Shown: piece by piece, positions 59,850-64,000 of the stretch | Layout: every line of letters begins with the position of its first letter | Numbering within the stretch: position 1 is the first letter of the stretch | Source of the DNA: Chlorokybus atmophyticus | Taxonomy: Eukaryota > Plantae > Mesostigma and Chlorokybus algae | Length of the DNA: 64,000 nucleotides | Direction: 5' to 3' | Assembly (NCBI GenBank): GCA_009103225.1 | Contig: RHPI01000193.1 | Span: forward strand, 492,650-556,649 | Notes under the pieces: generated by a model | Databases searched by the model: none | Told to the model about the DNA's origin: nothing | The model's input: the letters and a program-made list of their open reading frames with translations, nothing else | Program-made: the position numbers and the translations under genes

Positions 59850-61400
59850 CCCAATTCACCTTCTCTCCGAGAAGAACGCCCACACCGAGGCTGCGGCTAG
59901 CAGTGGGCAGTCTCGCTCTGCCTCTCTCCTTAAGTACATCTCAGGTGTGCATTGTTTCTGTTGGGCTTCTGTGTCTTGGAAGTGGGGCAACGTGTGTTCC
60001 TCGGAAATACGCACACACATACACACATATCGGGGGCAAGTGTCGTTTGTGTGTTCTTGGTGTTGGTGTTGGTGGCATGACTTACTGAGACTGTGCAAAT
60101 CCAATCACTGTTAGTCTGTCACCCATTGACACATTTTCCAAAACGTCTCTTTATGTATGGCAATCAGTGGCGTTATTACTGTTGGTGTCACATCAACTGA
60201 TGTGACAGCATATAATACGTGAATGCTAGTGACACTAGCATGCTACTCACGATGTATCATAAGCATGCCAGTGTCATTAGCATCGAGTGACAGCTGTACA
60301 GATCAAAGAAAAGGGTATCAGACAAATGTTCTTCATTGCTGTCTGCGTCTTTCCAATGGTCATCATAGCCTTACCTGACTCGCGCAGTCTCATTGTGGGA
60401 TTGGAGGCGAGGGCTGTTTGTGTGCATATGAGCTGTATGTTTTGAATGGCTGAGGCATGGTGTTGATGCAAAGCCTAGCAGTCCCTCTGTTCTTACCATC
60501 GCTCCCCTTGTTGGCAATAACTGTGGCGAACTTGGCCTGTGCTGGGGTGTTGTTGATAGAAGACATGGACATTAAGGAGGAGAACAGACATGGACAGCGA
60601 GAAGAACAACACATGCAGTCACTCCCCAACCTGGTGTGTCGGAGTGGGTGCCAAAGTCGGTGTCTGGTATCTCAGCTGTGTTTTTGACAGACTCTTGCTT
60701 TGCTTATAATTACTTACCATCAACAACCTGGCATTCGCAGGTGGACTCAGTGCGCACAGCATGTTGCACCTTGCAACATCAGTTTGATGTCACCACCGAT
60801 TGTCTTTACACTCTCAGGGTGGCTGCTACTGCATGCAACATGATACAGGGTTGCATTCGTTGTAAAGGACTGCTGCTTCGCAGTGCATTGACAATGGTTA
60901 CCACCTGTATATGCTAGATCTTTACAACGCACCAGAGAACTGAAAGCAGATGCTGAGAGAAGTATCATACGGCAGAAGCTCTTTGCTGATGAGGGTGCAA
61001 GTGCAATCCAGAACAAGTGGTTCCTGTCGCTGTCTGCAGGGGCACTTCTGGTATCTCCCTCTCAATTGTCAAGTCTGCCTACTTCAGCATGCTTGTGTTC
61101 ACTATTTATGTAGGTAGAGTTTGAGGGGAATGCTTGGTGCTGCCCGTCACAGCCAGTCGCTACAGTTGCGAAAGACATGCACAGTTGCTATAGTATCTCA
61201 AACCGCCCCATTGCAACATATTGCAGTGGAGGATTTGTAGGTGAAGGACGAACCGTTGTGTCGAACGAGGAGGTACTACTTGGTGCATGTGCTTGAATGG
61301 GGCCAAGCGCGAGCCCTCAGAAAGGCCAACAACATTGCACTGCCTCGCTTGCTGGCCGCTGTGCGCCTGGCATCATGTACCTGCTGGTAGGTCTCACACA
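59850..61400 (+). CDS. Possible spliced gene of unknown function (fragments only)
   Basis: Exon-like blocks SLQRTRELKADAERSIIRQKLFADEGASAIQNKWFL (about 60918-61050) and, after a TTTGTAG acceptor near 61240, VKDEPLCRTRRYYLVHVLEWGQARALRKANNIALPRLL. No closed model. Confidence 0.25.
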
Positions 61401-61771
61401 CACGCACTCTTCGACCTCCCCGTGACTGCATGCTTGAAACCCTTGGTTGCGTTGACTCGTTGCAGGTCGTTGCAGATGTTCTCCGCTAGACGCTGCCTTA
61501 TGAGCCACGGCCATGTAATCTGTTTCTTTATTTATTTATCTAGTTATTTACCGAGCCCTACTCATGCAAATAAGCTTACATGATATCGTTGTCTACATTT
61601 CGAGTTATCGACTATTACTCAAGGTGATTCAAAAGAGTGAGATGTTGGCATTTATTGTATGTTTTTCTTATGTTAACCTCTTTTTTCGCGTCAAATAAAA
61701 GTTACATTATGACACGTTTTATCCAATATATCTTCCTTGATTTTGAAAATCATTCACTGTTGTAAGCTCGT

Positions 61772-62189
61772 TGGTTGTGAAGTCATAGCTACCTCACGAA
61801 TCGCCTTTTCCATGGCATCTTTTGCTACCACAACAGCAGCGCTATGCACAGCGGCGTTTACATCCACAAGATCACAGCCAGAAGAGGAACTAGAACGATG
61901 CAAAAGAGAAGGCAAGGATTGCGTGAGAGGTAGCGATGCATGAATGACGAGTCGGAGTTATTGAAGGTCAAGCTCCCCCCATGAGTGTGATAGGTTTTCA
62001 TGTGAGCGATGCCTGTATCCGATTAGCTTGCCCTTTGTATATGAGTTGAGGGTCGAGGATTTTGAGGGCGGAGCGCATGGACTCCAGACTTAGCAAGGTG
62101 GTTGAGATAGGACGGACTTCGGACCAGATGCTGAGTAGAGCGTCGGAGGAGTCAATGTAGCCGTGCGGATACCAAGCCATTTCAGGCAC
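61772..62189 (-). pseudogene. Stop- and frameshift-interrupted intronless reading frame, probably a transposon or gene relic
   Basis: ORF 61998..62189 stops at TGA. After a G6 run a protein-like frame resumes (GELDLQ*LRLVIHASLP..AMEKAIREVAMTSQ) and is followed by an AT-rich tract. Confidence 0.3.
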
Positions 62190-64000
62190 GGCCTAGCTTG
62201 TTGAGAAGCTTTAATTGTAAGCTACACAGCGCAATGTAGCGCAACATATGAATTGCCAATCGGCTGAGCATAGTTGACGCAGTGCTTGCTAGAGTTGTCA
62301 TGCCCATCACCCAAGCATGCTAGTTGTCATCGGGCATGCCTACAGCAGACCCTCGCCCGGCTTACCAGCATGGCAACCCGCGCGCGTCTCTGACCAGTAG
62401 CTAGGTCATGTCTCTAGAGTAGCTTATGACCATAGCCTACATAGGCACCGCGCGTAGCTGTTCAGTTGTGAGTTCAGTTATAAGTCAGGTTCTATATCGA
62501 GAGGGAATTCCTTGTGGAAATAGCCTCGATATGACCGTTAGCTTATGTTCTGGACAGTCATGAGTTCACTTGTATAAGTAGGCACACTGTTCACCGGATC
62601 AGCTGGTGACTGTAAGTGAGAAAGCTAAGAGCTTGTGAAGCGACTTGAACTACGAAACACACCGTCCCGGTTCCCAAGAATCCCCTCACCGTGTGAGAGC
62701 CTGTGCATGTTCTTGTGCACTGTGCTTGTCCTTGCTGTGAGCTTTGTGTACTTGGTCGCGGTGTGCTTGTTGGCATCCGTCAGGGCATAGCATCCACGTG
62801 TTGCTTGCTCATTCACCTCACTTAACAGTGTAATTTCTCTTCCACTCACGCGAAGAACTGTGTAAACAGCACTACCTATAGTAGTGGCTTGTTGACTTAC
62901 AGTGTCACCCTCTTTGCTCAAGTGAGTGTGATTGCAGGCTGTACATCGCAATCTGTAGTTGTACACATCACAGTGCAGTGTTGTCACCGTCATCGCATAG
63001 CGCGCACAAGCGCTAGTGTGTTGGGTGATAGCGGCACTGGAGATCCCATTGCAGAGCATAAACACTCTACCCTTCATCCACTTTCACCATCGCATCAGCT
63101 GTATGAGCAGGCCCACCCCTTTCTCGCCAATAGAAGAAGGGGACCTCAACAGCTGGAGCCCAACCTCCAACCTTACCTACGAGCGCGCAAGTGAAGGGAG
63201 CGATTACCGTAGCAGCAGAGGCTCACGCCCCGTCTCCGGCTTCACCTCCTCTCACTCCACTCCTCGCCAACGAGCATCTCCACCACCGTCGGACAGTGAC
63301 GACGAAGAGATGGAGCCTTCCAGCTCAACCAACTCCCTACGCTTCTCCGGACGCCCTGGCACCACCTCACTCGACGAGTTCATCATCAAGTTCCACTCCA
63401 AGATGCGGCAGCAAGCCCTCAAGAGCAAGGACTGGACAGATGAGGTATCGTTTCATGTGTCCGCTCAATACCTTTATCACGAAGCACATGATGTGTCGAA
63501 GTCCGTCGCTGAGTTGCACAAGATTGATGGCTATGGCGAGTTGGCCAGCACAATAGCCGCCACATCACTGCACAGCCCATCGGTTACTGTCCCTGTAGCA
63601 GCGGCCCCGCCCGCCTCAGTCATGGGTCTCACTCTAGCTGCAGCCATGGAGAAGGCAGAGAATGAAGAACTTGAGGTGGTAGTGGCCTCATTGACTCCTG
63701 CAGAGATCGAAAGCAAGAAGGCCGAGCGCCGGATCAGGATACTCAACCGCACCGCTGCCATCATCAGGGAGCAACAAGAGGAGCAGCAAACTGCAGCGTT
63801 GGAGATGGGTACGCCCCTGCTACCAACACCGAACTCGCGTGCTCCAGCGGGAGGCAGTGTTTTCACCCTCGGCTCAGTGGCATTGCGTGCACCCGCGCTT
63901 ACGGTGGGCGCGGCCATGTCGGACTCCCCGTTGAAGGACCTCTACGCCGCACTCCGGCGCACCTTCCCACCTCAAACCAACAGCAAGGTGGAGGAGTTGA
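62190..64000 (+). mobile_element. 5' portion of a probable LTR (Ty3/gypsy-like) retrotransposon
   Basis: Intron-free region lacking the host's RY-repeat introns and leading into a gag-like ORF. The left boundary is only guessed (TGTTG.. near 62190), and the second LTR and pol are outside the window. Confidence 0.5.
63103..64000 (+). CDS. gag: Retrotransposon Gag-like ORF, running off the window end
   Basis: Open from ATG 63103 to the end of the window. LRFSGRPGTTSLDEFIIKF..WTDEVSFHVSAQYLYHEA and LKDLYAALRRTFPPQTNSKVEEL resemble Ty3/gypsy capsid segments. Confidence 0.62.
   Translation, partial: MSRPTPFSPIEEGDLNSWSPTSNLTYERASEGSDYRSSRGSRPVSGFTSSHSTPRQRASPPPSDSDDEEMEPSSSTNSLRFSGRPGTTSLDEFIIKFHSKMRQQALKSKDWTDEVSFHVSAQYLYHEAHDVSKSVAELHKIDGYGELASTIAATSLHSPSVTVPVAAAPPASVMGLTLAAAMEKAENEELEVVVASLTPAEIESKKAERRIRILNRTAAIIREQQEEQQTAALEMGTPLLPTPNSRAPAGGSVFTLGSVALRAPALTVGAAMSDSPLKDLYAALRRTFPPQTNSKVEEL

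Noticed and set aside
62190-63102. Primer-binding site and exact LTR ends for the retroelement
   Set aside because: No clear TGG-initiated tRNA-complementary site after a CA end could be identified, and the partner LTR is outside the window.
1-64000. Alternative nuclear code (TAA/TAG = Gln, as in some ulvophytes)
   Set aside because: eIF5, UNG, PILS and PFK end at TAG and RHIP1 ends at TAA at the expected positions, and polyQ tracts use CAA/CAG.

Overview
Intron-rich, standard-code eukaryotic nuclear DNA from a photosynthetic organism. The gene mix points to a flagellate-stage green alga, most plausibly an early-diverging streptophyte (inference): land-plant-type genes (PILS, RHIP1, ENOD93, ALT/MKS2 thioesterase, plant-type NDUFAF7) sit beside the ciliary GTPase ARL6/BBS3 and a PH-domain DGAT1. 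About 17 spliced genes can be built by hand: an unknown + gene running in from the left edge, DGAT1, PILS, plastid PFK, eIF5, ARL6, NDUFAF7-like, RHIP1, a coiled-coil/TM KASH-like gene, an unknown membrane protein, UNG, ENOD93, gamma-glutamyl hydrolase, ALT thioesterase, a Cys-rich type I membrane protein, a SnoaL-like protein and a GPI-type Pro-rich protein. Two weaker candidate genes and the start of a Ty3/gypsy-like gag at the right edge are also present. The best lead is the 51.3-54.1 kb single-pass protein whose cysteine spacing matches the Frizzled CRD. Other leads: a KASH-like C-terminus, strictly alternating gene orientation, repeated C-left/G-right skew-inversion islands, many GC-AG introns, and a 17-bp motif shared upstream of DGAT1 and PFK. 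Family calls come from recognising motifs, not from database searches, and exon boundaries were placed by eye. No tRNA, rRNA or CRISPR array was seen.
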